DNA of 64,000 bases from a virus (taxonomy: Duplodnaviria; Caudoviricetes): IMG/VR virus record IMGVR_UViG_3300029305_003192; one strand, 5' to 3'. Position 1 is the stretch's first letter, and each line of letters starts with the position of its first letter. This document shows positions 46,430 to 56,407 of the stretch, one piece after another. The translations under genes and the position numbers were made by a program. The notes below the pieces were generated by a model. The model searched no databases. It was not told the origin of the DNA and saw only the letters and a list, made by a program, of their open reading frames with translations.

Positions 46430-48280
46430 ATGATTAATTCCACAGTAAATTCTCTTGTTGGAACAATGTCACCGGTTGCTGCTTCACAGGCTTTCAAAGA
46501 TGACGTAGCTCACGTTATCCAGTCCTATGATCTGCAGGGCGGCAGTGCCATTGACAACATGCCTGTTATCGCAAGAAACAGCAGATGCCGTAGAGACTTC
46601 GTTGATATGGTAATGGAGTCCGTTGTAAACGATCCACAGCTTGCTTCTGGCGATGCTTCTCAGGATCCATTCTATTCTACATATGCTGACAGACTCGACC
46701 AGCTCCTTGAGAACTCTCTTATGGAAATGGCTCGTGAATCTGTTATGACAGGTTATGCTCCTATCCAGTCTTATGCACCATTCATGCTTAAGAGACAGTG
46801 GGTATCCTGCGTATGGAAGGACGTTCTTGCAGCAGACGTTGCTAAGTCCAATATCATCAAACTTCAGATGGAAGAAAGATGGGTAAAGGATGCTGAAGGT
46901 CAGAGATACAGAATCCCTGATGTATACTACAACAAGGATCTCATGGCTAAGCTCTTCAACGATGCTACAGGTATCAACCTTAAGCACGGCGAAGAAGACT
47001 TTATCGAACTTCCACTCCAGAACGAATGCCTTATCGCTCCTGATAAGAATTACTTCGAATCTGCTATCACTAACCCTAATTCCGAGACACTTACACATGA
47101 TTATACAATCTTTGAAGTAGTATTCGAAATCGGCGGCAAGGAATACAGAGTTCCATGTGATATCAAGCCTGACCTCTCTTCTCACGTACTCATCAACGGC
47201 AACAATGTTAAGTGCGTATACGAAGATGAAAACGGTGAAATCAAGTCCGAAACAGACTCCATTGTTGGTAATGTTGACTTCCAGACAGGTACAGTATCCG
47301 TATTCTCTACAAACGGTCTCATCAAGAAGTTCCGTCACAAGGGCAAGGCTGCTAACCGCTTCAACCACAGATCACTCTCCGTTGAGAGAACAATCAAGCC
47401 GCTCACATTCTACATGCCAGAATCCGGCCCAAGACTCAACGCTGCAGTAACTATCGAAGAAGCTCAGGACGCTATCGTTCTTAATAACACAGACCTCTAC
47501 GCTGATAACACTGATATGATGGGCGACGTTCTCGCTAACCTCCAGGATATCGGCATCAAGTCATTCGTTGAGAACTCCTATGAAGTTCACAGCAAGGCAA
47601 TCCAGGGTCCATTCGGCTATGAAGACAACTTCACAGCTTCCGGTTCCTTCAATGCAGTTCCAATTCAGAACTTCTCCATCGGTATCGACGCTTGGATGAA
47701 CCAGGCTAAGGAATACTTTGAGAGAGTCGTTGAAGAGCTTAAGTATAAGCTCAAGACACCTGACATCATCATCTGTGCTGTATGTCACCCATCTCTCGTA
47801 AGATACCTCAAGGCCGACGTTCGTTGGATCTTCTCTGACCAGACAGATGTATCTGGTGTTAAGCTCGCATACAAGGTTGGTGTTACAAACGCTAACGGCG
47901 ACAGAGTTCACATCATCACATCTACATACATGAGCCCTGAAGACCCAGTAAGACTCATCGTTATCCCAACAACAACTGAATGTATCACATTCAAGCATAT
48001 CATGCACTCCGCTATTATTGACAGAGGTTACCAGAACCCACTCGAGCCACTCGTACCAAACGTAATGGCTACTCAGAGAACTCTTACTTTCGAAGTAACT
48101 CCAGTTCAGGGTACATTCGAGATTACAGGCAGAGCTGGTAATACAAATTACGTGAATGCTAACGGCTTTATGTCCGGTCACGCTCCTAACGAGTACAACG
48201 GCGCATTTGTTGTAAACAACACAACAGCTGGTGGTACAGCAACAGGCGGCACAACTACAGATGAAACAACTGGCGGTTAA
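46430..48280 (+). CDS. Major capsid protein
   Basis: 616 aa, strongly biased codon usage, GAGGAGG SD, late-type promoter 46364-46375, ARES propeptide site, context between protease and terminase. Confidence 0.75.
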   Translation: MINSTVNSLVGTMSPVAASQAFKDDVAHVIQSYDLQGGSAIDNMPVIARNSRCRRDFVDMVMESVVNDPQLASGDASQDPFYSTYADRLDQLLENSLMEMARESVMTGYAPIQSYAPFMLKRQWVSCVWKDVLAADVAKSNIIKLQMEERWVKDAEGQRYRIPDVYYNKDLMAKLFNDATGINLKHGEEDFIELPLQNECLIAPDKNYFESAITNPNSETLTHDYTIFEVVFEIGGKEYRVPCDIKPDLSSHVLINGNNVKCVYEDENGEIKSETDSIVGNVDFQTGTVSVFSTNGLIKKFRHKGKAANRFNHRSLSVERTIKPLTFYMPESGPRLNAAVTIEEAQDAIVLNNTDLYADNTDMMGDVLANLQDIGIKSFVENSYEVHSKAIQGPFGYEDNFTASGSFNAVPIQNFSIGIDAWMNQAKEYFERVVEELKYKLKTPDIIICAVCHPSLVRYLKADVRWIFSDQTDVSGVKLAYKVGVTNANGDRVHIITSTYMSPEDPVRLIVIPTTTECITFKHIMHSAIIDRGYQNPLEPLVPNVMATQRTLTFEVTPVQGTFEITGRAGNTNYVNANGFMSGHAPNEYNGAFVVNNTTAGGTATGGTTTDETTGG

Positions 48281-48322
48281 TCCGAGCTGTCTTTCATTTT
48301 AAGGCCTCCATTCATATATAGT

Positions 48323-48356
48323 AAACCCGTAGAACGTTAATTCGTTCTACGGGTTT
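48323..48356. terminator. Intrinsic terminator after capsid gene
   Basis: AAACCCGTAGAACG/CGTTCTACGGGTTT inverted repeat. Confidence 0.8.
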
Positions 48357-48417
48357 ACACCGTTGTATACCTCAAAACATTCCTTTAATTACATTCATCC
48401 ATAAAAGGAGTGATTAG

Positions 48418-50004
48418 ATGGCTACGGTAATTAGTAACTCGCGTTCAGAGTTCGTTCAGAACGTGATTCGTAACTATACTGAAAATCGTATCGGGCAGTA
48501 TTCTAAATATCTGGATACCGACCCGATATATGTCACATATTACGCAATCAACATGGTTCACAGTAGGGCGGACCCGGGTACTGATGCTATCCAGGATATC
48601 ACCGGCTCATCATCCCCTATAAGATTCAATAAGATTACCAGATTCCCGATATATATCAAGGGAGGATTCGAGCCGGACACTACATTTGAAGATGGTATCA
48701 TCTCCAACGATATTGACCTTAACGAGATTATCATTCTTCCTAATACGCTGACTCCAAGGCCATATGACCATATCTATATCGAACTTCCAAACATGGTTCC
48801 GTTCTTGGTCAGAGTTAATGGCTATAGAAATCTCTCTATTCAGTCGAATGACTTCTTCTCAGCATCTGGTCATGCTGTCAACTTTGGTGAGGATATCACC
48901 AAGGGTATTGATAAGTTGGTAGTCGAGAACTATATATGCGTATTTGAGAATATTGGTACCCAGAATGCATGCTTCATTAGAAGTGAAGATTATGATAATG
49001 CTAATACTTTGGCAGAGGGTATTACCCAGATGACTGAGCTGTACAATGCATTATACTTTAATGATGAGGTAAACTCATATGTGTATAATGAGTCATTCTA
49101 CAATATTCCGAATCTCGTCGATCCGTCTCTTAACTTCCACCACGGCCCGTACGTATTGCCCGGGGTTGAGAGAGTTCATCCAGCAAATCTGCCTGGAATG
49201 ATGCCCGCAATGCTTGCTTCTGCAGAGGTTGCTAAATATAGCAATCCCAAGCCGAGAAAGAGATTCAAGTGTTTTATACGCCCGCATTGTAATATCATGA
49301 CGGATTCAATATACGATATGTATATGACCAAATTCATCATGGAATCAGGGCTCTTCTATAATTCAGACAATTTCGATTCCACATCGGCAATTGTATATGA
49401 AGACCTCGAGCCTCTGATGTTTGACTATAACTTTAAGAGGTCCATCTGGCATGCGGTCATGACCAAGGATACAACACTTCTTGACCCATCTCTTTATTAT
49501 ATACTGACACCTATTCGTAAGGCATACTCAGCATTGTTACTTGCGAGATTCCCGTCTCCTAAGTCATTGAGTATTGTGCGTAATAGCAATGTATGTTGCT
49601 ACGATAACGAGTACTTCTCAACAGAGCTTCTCAATGACCTGAAGTACGGTAGATCTGATAAAGAGACATGTAAGTGCGACCCTGAAGCTGATAGGGCATA
49701 TGTCAACATCGCATCAGTTATCAGTAATCCGAATAAGGACTTTAATAAGGAAGGCATTAGCTTAAAGGAATACTCTGTTAATCCTCCAACCAATGCTGAA
49801 GAAGAACTGACAGATGAAGAGAAGATTATCAAATATATGAATGATATTATCTATAATTATATCAAAGGGCTCAATGTTGAGTTTGATATTGATTATCTCA
49901 TGTCCTCTCTGGCAACTCCATCGATTCATATGTTTGAATACTTCCCATTGATACTTTATATCATGAAAAACCATTATAATGGTTACTTCAAGCAGGTAGC
50001 TTGA
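48418..50004 (+). CDS. Putative virion (neck/head completion) protein
   Basis: 528 aa; late-type promoter 48376-48387. Confidence 0.45.
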   Translation: MATVISNSRSEFVQNVIRNYTENRIGQYSKYLDTDPIYVTYYAINMVHSRADPGTDAIQDITGSSSPIRFNKITRFPIYIKGGFEPDTTFEDGIISNDIDLNEIIILPNTLTPRPYDHIYIELPNMVPFLVRVNGYRNLSIQSNDFFSASGHAVNFGEDITKGIDKLVVENYICVFENIGTQNACFIRSEDYDNANTLAEGITQMTELYNALYFNDEVNSYVYNESFYNIPNLVDPSLNFHHGPYVLPGVERVHPANLPGMMPAMLASAEVAKYSNPKPRKRFKCFIRPHCNIMTDSIYDMYMTKFIMESGLFYNSDNFDSTSAIVYEDLEPLMFDYNFKRSIWHAVMTKDTTLLDPSLYYILTPIRKAYSALLLARFPSPKSLSIVRNSNVCCYDNEYFSTELLNDLKYGRSDKETCKCDPEADRAYVNIASVISNPNKDFNKEGISLKEYSVNPPTNAEEELTDEEKIIKYMNDIIYNYIKGLNVEFDIDYLMSSLATPSIHMFEYFPLILYIMKNHYNGYFKQVA

Positions 50005-50044
50005 GTTAACAACCATATAAATCGAAACTATCACTACGAAAGGA

Positions 50045-50482
50045 ATGATATACATGATTAAGTTAGATATCTTTGATACAGACGACTCTATCTTCGAATC
50101 TGGACTGAGAGATGATGCATATGGCGTTATTGAACTCGGTCTTGGTGTTGAAGGTGCAGTGAACCCAGATATTGATGATTCTGAACTTATCGATGATGAT
50201 CCAGATGATACTGGTGACCTCGAAGGCGAAGACGTTGTTGCTGGTGTTGATGACGACCCAGACCCAGAAGAATATGAAGACGATGACTATGACGATGCCG
50301 TGAACGACGTTCTTGTAGACGAAGATGACGATGATGATATCGACATTGATGCTGCAATGGAAGCTCTCGACGTCATTGACCCAGTAAACTGTGCGTTCAA
50401 CGACGACCTTGATCTCGAAAACGTTACAGCATATTCACTTTTCGACAGCGGACTTACGCTCGAAGATGAATATAACGTATAA
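50045..50482 (+). CDS. Highly acidic small late protein
   Basis: Asp/Glu-dominated; AMEA site; late-type promoter 50008-50019. Confidence 0.7.
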   Translation: MIYMIKLDIFDTDDSIFESGLRDDAYGVIELGLGVEGAVNPDIDDSELIDDDPDDTGDLEGEDVVAGVDDDPDPEEYEDDDYDDAVNDVLVDEDDDDDIDIDAAMEALDVIDPVNCAFNDDLDLENVTAYSLFDSGLTLEDEYNV

Positions 50483-50528
50483 GTAATTATTATCCCATTA
50501 CCTATATAGGTAATGGGATAATTTACAC

Positions 50529-50561
50529 CGTAATTTCCGTATATACTGCATATATATCATA
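50529..50561 (+). promoter_or_regulatory. Early-type promoter
   Basis: CGTAATTT-N14-TATATATCATA. Confidence 0.7.
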
Positions 50562-50643
50562 ACATTGTACAAGAAGTAGCAAACGGCTATGGATGTACAT
50601 AGTTTAGGGCCACTGATGACGGTGGCAGAAAGGAGGCATCATT

Positions 50644-50991
50644 ATGATGTCCGAAATGTATAATTCTTATAATAAGGTGATCGCAATTATCGACAATGTG
50701 TTCAACACGTTTGTATCCTCTTCCGAAGAGGATAAGTATATTGCTAGTGTTAACCGCGCTAGCTTTACACTTAACGCTCCACAGATCCTTATGGATCTTG
50801 AGAGGATTGGTGCAATGAGTGCCGATGACATCGAAGGTTTCGTGCCGAAGTATGTCGAAAACTTTAGCTCTGCTTATAAGCAGAGCTTTATCGTGAGCAG
50901 TGGTTTCGGGGAAGCTACCGCATCTCGATATTCTCATCAGGCAGCTTCCAGCATGATGGAAATTATTGACAGTTATCTCGCAATGAGATAA
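50644..50991 (+). CDS. Hypothetical protein, stand-alone early-type cassette
   Basis: 115 aa, AAGGAGG SD, own promoter and terminator (~50998-51029). Confidence 0.8.
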   Translation: MMSEMYNSYNKVIAIIDNVFNTFVSSSEEDKYIASVNRASFTLNAPQILMDLERIGAMSADDIEGFVPKYVENFSSAYKQSFIVSSGFGEATASRYSHQAASSMMEIIDSYLAMR

Positions 50992-51083
50992 CTGTCGAAT
51001 CGGGGTCGCTTCGGTGGCCTCGATTTTTTGCTCAAATATGTCCCTAGACAATTTCATAACCTTGAATGAAAGGAGGATATAAC

Positions 51084-53429
51084 TTGGCTACTATTATAAA
51101 TGATTCCAAGGTCAGGGTATTTAGAGATTATCATCCGGACTTAGATGATGATAATCATAAGCATGTCCCTCCGATGAATTTGGAATCCGATATAGGAACT
51201 ATGTCCAAGGATATGGAACAGGTTGTAGCTACTACTCTTCATGAGCATAAAGAAGCTATGACTGAATTCGATAGAAAGAATAACAAGAAGAAGAAACTGT
51301 ATCAATGGACCACTAGGAATAAAAGCTTCATTGAATTACATAATGACCTTAAGGTACTTGGGGTGAAAAATAATAAATTCTTCCTCAGATTATATGATGA
51401 AACTCTGATGGATATTGACCCCTATGCACTGGTAGTACCACCGGAAATACAGGCTCGTATCATTATCGAATGTATCCGTAACCCATGGTATTTCTTACGA
51501 GAAATATGCCGTATCCCAGTAGATGGTAAACCTATCTGTCCTGGTGGTGGTACATCATTCATTGCCGATAGAAATAATATCGCTACATGGTATCTTTTTT
51601 TGAATGGTATTGACCATTACTCATCAAAGCCTCGTCAGAGAGGTAAGACACAGGACGCCCTTGCTAAACTCAATTATAGCTTCCACTTCGGATGTACATC
51701 TGCGACCATTACATTGGCTAATAAAGACTTCACTCTTAATAAGATGAATCTTAGCCGACTAAAGACCCAAAGAGACATGTTGCCTTTATATCTTCAGATG
51801 AAATTATCTATCGACCAGACCACTGGTAAGGTTGAGAAGGAACAGAATAACGTACTCTCTATGGGTAATCCTATTAACTTTAATAAGATTCAGTTGCTTC
51901 CATCTGCATCTACAAGTGCTAAAGCACAGTCTGTAGGACGAGGTGTTACATCTGCTATCGTAATGTATGATGAGTTTGACTGGATGCCATATAACATGGA
52001 TATCTACTACGCGTCATCATTCTCATATAAGACAGCGTCTGATAATGCTAAGAAGAATATGTCACTCTATGGACGTATATTCACATCTACCCCTGGTAAT
52101 ATGGAAACCAAGGAAGGTCAGAATGCTGATATATTCATCAATGGTGATACTGATAATGATAACCATGGTCGTCCAATGCTCAAGTGGAAGGATAATTACT
52201 TCGACCTTCCTATCGAGAAGCTTAAGAGTATAGTAAACTCTAAATCGTATAACGGTATCGTCTACGTCGAACATACGTGGCAACAGCTTAAGTGCGATAA
52301 TAAATGGTATGAGGAAGCATGTCGAGGTGTTAACTATAACCCTGAGCAGATTGCTCGTGAAATTCTGCTTAAGAGACTTAGGGGTTCTTCCAAGTCACCG
52401 TTTAAGAGAACTCAACTCATGGGACTTCTTAACAATGTCGAGAGTCCTATTGATGAGGTGGACTATACTGATAACCTCTGCCCATTCTTCTTCTATGAGA
52501 AGCTTAATAAGCGAACCCCATACCTTATTGCAATCGACCCCGCTGAAGGTCTCAGCGGAGACAACCTTGCTGTGGTGGGCATAAGCCCGTTTACTGAGAA
52601 GGTAGCATTCGAATTCAAGACCCCATATATCAATCAGACTAAGATGGCTAAAATATTGGTCAAGTTCATGGACAACTTCTGTCCAAGAGGATTGATTATT
52701 ATCGAAAACAACCGAGGACGAGAACTTATCAACCAATTACTTCTTACGAAGTACGCCGACCACTTATGGTATGATACAGATAAGCTTGATAAGAAAGAAA
52801 CTATCAATACAAAAGATCTTGACCCTGAAGCAGAACGAGCGATTGGTTGGAATACTAGTCCGAAAACTCGTCCGATGATGATGGCAACTCTTGAGACTAT
52901 TGTAGTCGAAAGCCCTGAGAAGGCTAATAGTAAATTCGTAGTGGACGATATCTGCTCACTTGAAAGAGTCAATGGTTCTATTAAGGCTGCACCTGGCAAG
53001 CACGACGACGTCGCTTTAGCATTTTCCATGGGTCATACAGTTTATCGTACTGCCACCAATTTAAGTAACTGGGGTATTTATCCGGGCATGAAAGAAGCCC
53101 CGAATCTTGACCCTAGCGACCCACAATATAAAAAGAATGCCCTTGCTGCACTCATGGAATATCTGCCAGATGATCTTAAACAGATATTTGTCAGGGGTGT
53201 TAAGAAGGATGTCAATACTGATAATTCATCGATCAGAAGTAGTATCGAACGTGAAGCTGCTATGATTCATATGCAGGAAGTTGCTAGGAAATCACAGTTT
53301 GATGAAGATGCTGTCGATGAGACGATGATTGATAATGATGAGTTGTATGAAGAGGTATCAATGGATGAATTCTATAACCAGGCGGTATATAATCCAGATG
53401 CTAACCTCGACTTATCAGACTACTTTTAA
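51084..53429 (+). CDS. terL: Terminase large subunit
   Basis: Walker A PRQRGKT, Walker B VMYDEFD, TSTPG, nuclease IDPAEG, IENN and HDDV motifs; TTG start after AGGAGG. Confidence 0.9.
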   Translation: MATIINDSKVRVFRDYHPDLDDDNHKHVPPMNLESDIGTMSKDMEQVVATTLHEHKEAMTEFDRKNNKKKKLYQWTTRNKSFIELHNDLKVLGVKNNKFFLRLYDETLMDIDPYALVVPPEIQARIIIECIRNPWYFLREICRIPVDGKPICPGGGTSFIADRNNIATWYLFLNGIDHYSSKPRQRGKTQDALAKLNYSFHFGCTSATITLANKDFTLNKMNLSRLKTQRDMLPLYLQMKLSIDQTTGKVEKEQNNVLSMGNPINFNKIQLLPSASTSAKAQSVGRGVTSAIVMYDEFDWMPYNMDIYYASSFSYKTASDNAKKNMSLYGRIFTSTPGNMETKEGQNADIFINGDTDNDNHGRPMLKWKDNYFDLPIEKLKSIVNSKSYNGIVYVEHTWQQLKCDNKWYEEACRGVNYNPEQIAREILLKRLRGSSKSPFKRTQLMGLLNNVESPIDEVDYTDNLCPFFFYEKLNKRTPYLIAIDPAEGLSGDNLAVVGISPFTEKVAFEFKTPYINQTKMAKILVKFMDNFCPRGLIIIENNRGRELINQLLLTKYADHLWYDTDKLDKKETINTKDLDPEAERAIGWNTSPKTRPMMMATLETIVVESPEKANSKFVVDDICSLERVNGSIKAAPGKHDDVALAFSMGHTVYRTATNLSNWGIYPGMKEAPNLDPSDPQYKKNALAALMEYLPDDLKQIFVRGVKKDVNTDNSSIRSSIEREAAMIHMQEVARKSQFDEDAVDETMIDNDELYEEVSMDEFYNQAVYNPDANLDLSDYF

Positions 53430-53499
53430 TTTCAATATCTCTATTAACATGCCTATAAATTAATCATTCTATAATGTGAAGAAAGTCGGTGGATAAATA

Positions 53500-54264
53500 A
53501 TGTATGATGATTACTCAATGGACGGTATTGAAGACCTTCTTGATTTCTTCGATACCGAACGAACTGCCAAAACTATCGAGCAGCAGATAATGACCGATGA
53601 GTTCGGTCTTGATGCACCGATCGACTATTATAGGCCATACTATACCAAGTTTAAAACACTTGAAGTTGATATCGATAATGGTATCACCGAAAGTATGGTA
53701 TCTACTTGCCGCCATAAGGCAAAAGTAATTGCATTGATGTTTATTGAAGCAATACTGAAGAAGTTCAATCTTCATATCGATGAATTCTGGATTGATAATA
53801 TGGATGAAGCTCAGTTACAGGGTGTCACCATTGTACTCTATGATTTCTTCATACTTCATTTACGTGAATATCTCCTCGAGGTAATCACGCGTTACATTGA
53901 TGCTAACAGTAAGATGCTTGCGGACCAGTTCGAGCATAATCCTAGAATTGCTCGCGATGCATCTCTTTCTGCATTCCTCAAAGTCGTTGATGAGGACTAT
54001 GCGGTTATCGGAGCAAACGTTTATGATGTGTGCTTCCTGACCCTTAATAATCTCAACGAGATTGAATATATCAATCATATCAATGCAGATAACGAAATCC
54101 AACCACATATTAAAAGATTCTTCGAAGAGGGTAAAATCTCCGGTAACTTCATCGATGTTCTCGAGCAGATGATGGCTGATGTTTCAAACGGTCTTAAGAG
54201 CCATATGGGATTCGAAATCGTTGCTTATATTAAGAGAGCTCATGCTAAGAATCTTAATCATTAA
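53500..54264 (+). CDS. Hypothetical late protein
   Basis: 254 aa; late-type promoter 53446-53457. Confidence 0.75.
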   Translation: MYDDYSMDGIEDLLDFFDTERTAKTIEQQIMTDEFGLDAPIDYYRPYYTKFKTLEVDIDNGITESMVSTCRHKAKVIALMFIEAILKKFNLHIDEFWIDNMDEAQLQGVTIVLYDFFILHLREYLLEVITRYIDANSKMLADQFEHNPRIARDASLSAFLKVVDEDYAVIGANVYDVCFLTLNNLNEIEYINHINADNEIQPHIKRFFEEGKISGNFIDVLEQMMADVSNGLKSHMGFEIVAYIKRAHAKNLNH

Positions 54265-54276
54265 TGAAAGGACTGA

Positions 54277-54582
54277 ATGAATATGGCTAGAGCTACTATT
54301 CAGAACATCTTCACTCAGCGTGAAGTAATCCATAAGCTCAGAGTCGAATCAGATAATCTCGATAACACTACACGTCAGATGGCTGATGACTACTGTGATA
54401 TGGTTGCACAGATTCGTAAGAGGACCATCAGTAACCCAAATTCTACTACAGTGAAGTATGCTGGTAATCCTAACAAACTCGGGCTCGTATCCAAAGTTTC
54501 TTCAGTAGGAACTATCAATACATTCCCTGAACTGATTCAGTATGCTGAGAAGGTTATTAAACTTATCAAGAATGCTAAGTGA
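54277..54582 (+). CDS. Hypothetical protein
   Basis: ~100-aa ORF in operon. Confidence 0.7.
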   Translation: MNMARATIQNIFTQREVIHKLRVESDNLDNTTRQMADDYCDMVAQIRKRTISNPNSTTVKYAGNPNKLGLVSKVSSVGTINTFPELIQYAEKVIKLIKNAK

Positions 54583-54616
54583 TAACTAAACTTAATTTCA
54601 TAGGAGGACTACCAAC

Positions 54617-55888
54617 ATGCAGGAAACTAATGAAGCACGCGGGCTGACAGAGCCCGTTAATACACAAATGGAGGAGACCGAGACAGCTACCGCTGCTATG
54701 TGTCTCGATGACCCGAAAGATATTCCAACGGTTGAGTTGACTACCACAAATGATAAGCTGGTAATCACTCATGATAATCCGCTGGTTGAAGCGGTTCTCA
54801 GAAAAGCTTATGAGAACGGTATTCCAGTTGAAGTAGTTAAGGATGTCGAAGACGTCGTTAACGAATTCAGCAAGAAGACTAAGATTGAGCTCGTTATGGC
54901 TAAGAGAGAAATCGAAAATTATAATGGTCTCAAGGAACTTGCAGCAGGACTTGCGGAATCAAGTAAGTCGATGTCAGCAACATCCAAGGCACTTACGGAT
55001 TTCATTGAACCGAATTTCAATTTCGATGAAAACGAGAACGAATCCGACGCTGCCGAGAGTATTGAAGAGCCGGAATCTGAACCTGAGGACGAACTTGCTA
55101 ACGAGATTGATGGTATGTATAAGACTCTTGAGAACGATATTGCAATCGCTAATATTGCATACGATGTCGTTTATCAGAAGTATATGGAAGACCATCCAAA
55201 TACCACCGTATATGATGACCTTCTTGAGAAGCTTCTGAAGGATAAGGCAACTCTTGAGTCCGGTAATAATATTAATGCACCAAAGCTCATTGCATGCATC
55301 GATGATGTTATTGCTTGTATGCAGAAGAATGACCTCGAGGCACTCCTCGTACCATTCCATACAAAGACTGATAATCAGAAGAGACTTCGTATTCTTGCGA
55401 AGGAACTTATCAATGTCAAGCGTCCAGTTTACCGTGACCTCGAGACTATCGGTATTACTCAGGAGCATATCGTGAAGTTTATTAACTTCTTTATTACCGA
55501 GGCAAACTTCCGTGAGACATATGCAACGGGACCTATTGGTTTCCCAGATACACGTCTTATTCCAAACATCTGTCTCTTCTTCTTATATCATCTCTGTAAG
55601 ATTATTACTAACTCTCGTAAGAGAGCTACATATGAGACTCTTAAGTATCGTCTCGCATTCATGCATGTCATTGACGTAGTGGATACGTATCCATCCACTA
55701 CCAAGACATTCACTGAGAACAGATTCATTGGTGATGCAACTAATGAGAATGCTGAGCCTACAGAGCTCTCAATTGCTCGTGCAAAGGTATATGATACATT
55801 CGTACCACTTCTTATGAAGTACTTTGGTGCGATGAATGACCAGACATTGGTTAAGTATTCAGTAGCACAGGCAAGAAAGACAAAGTAA
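54617..55888 (+). CDS. Hypothetical protein
   Basis: 423 aa, AGGAGG SD. Confidence 0.75.
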   Translation: MQETNEARGLTEPVNTQMEETETATAAMCLDDPKDIPTVELTTTNDKLVITHDNPLVEAVLRKAYENGIPVEVVKDVEDVVNEFSKKTKIELVMAKREIENYNGLKELAAGLAESSKSMSATSKALTDFIEPNFNFDENENESDAAESIEEPESEPEDELANEIDGMYKTLENDIAIANIAYDVVYQKYMEDHPNTTVYDDLLEKLLKDKATLESGNNINAPKLIACIDDVIACMQKNDLEALLVPFHTKTDNQKRLRILAKELINVKRPVYRDLETIGITQEHIVKFINFFITEANFRETYATGPIGFPDTRLIPNICLFFLYHLCKIITNSRKRATYETLKYRLAFMHVIDVVDTYPSTTKTFTENRFIGDATNENAEPTELSIARAKVYDTFVPLLMKYFGAMNDQTLVKYSVAQARKTK

Positions 55889-55933
55889 AAATATTATCCC
55901 ATTACCCTTCAAGGGTAATGGGATAATTTATGC

Positions 55934-55970
55934 CGTGATTTTAGAGATAAGTGCATATATATTATATTAG
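55934..55970 (+). promoter_or_regulatory. Early-type promoter
   Basis: CGTGATTT-N14-TATATATTATATTAG. Confidence 0.7.
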
Positions 55971-55985
55971 TAGCAATAAAGGAAG

Positions 55986-56034
55986 TATCGCTAAGTTATA
56001 GGGCACTTAGCGACGTATAAAATAGCCCTTCATA
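55986..56034 (+). promoter_or_regulatory. Conserved 5' leader, H-type pseudoknot (copy 2)
   Basis: Same as 43043-43092 except one A fewer in the linker. Confidence 0.7.
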
Positions 56035-56048
56035 CTGGAGGTAATAGT

Positions 56049-56336
56049 ATGAAAGAATCCGTTGTTACAAGAACCGTAATATTTGTCAATCCAGAAAGAT
56101 TGACATTCGACACATCTATCAAAGATGTGTTGAAAAAGACAGGAAACGCGTTTGTGCAGTTACTTGATAACGAAGATAACGTAGCTGATACGGCGCGTGC
56201 GATTCGAGCAAACCTCGCAGATCATACATCTGCAGGAAAGAGCCCGGTTAATGTTGTGCTTTCCGGATTCGACTACGACCCGGAAATTCTCGAGGCAATC
56301 GAGAAAAATGGTTGTAAGCTTATCTGGGCTTGCTAA
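56049..56336 (+). CDS. Hypothetical small alpha/beta protein, early-type cassette
   Basis: 95 aa, GGAGG SD, alternating beta/alpha pattern. Confidence 0.8.
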   Translation: MKESVVTRTVIFVNPERLTFDTSIKDVLKKTGNAFVQLLDNEDNVADTARAIRANLADHTSAGKSPVNVVLSGFDYDPEILEAIEKNGCKLIWAC

Positions 56337-56407
56337 ATAATTAAACAGCACCGCCAAGTAATCATACTTGGCGGTTTTGGAATTACCTTGGCGGTGCTGT
56401 TTTTTTT

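Noticed and set aside
50613-50631. CTGATGA...GAAA hammerhead-like core
   Set aside because: No stem II between the core elements; bases are used by the GCCAC/GTGGC hairpin and SD
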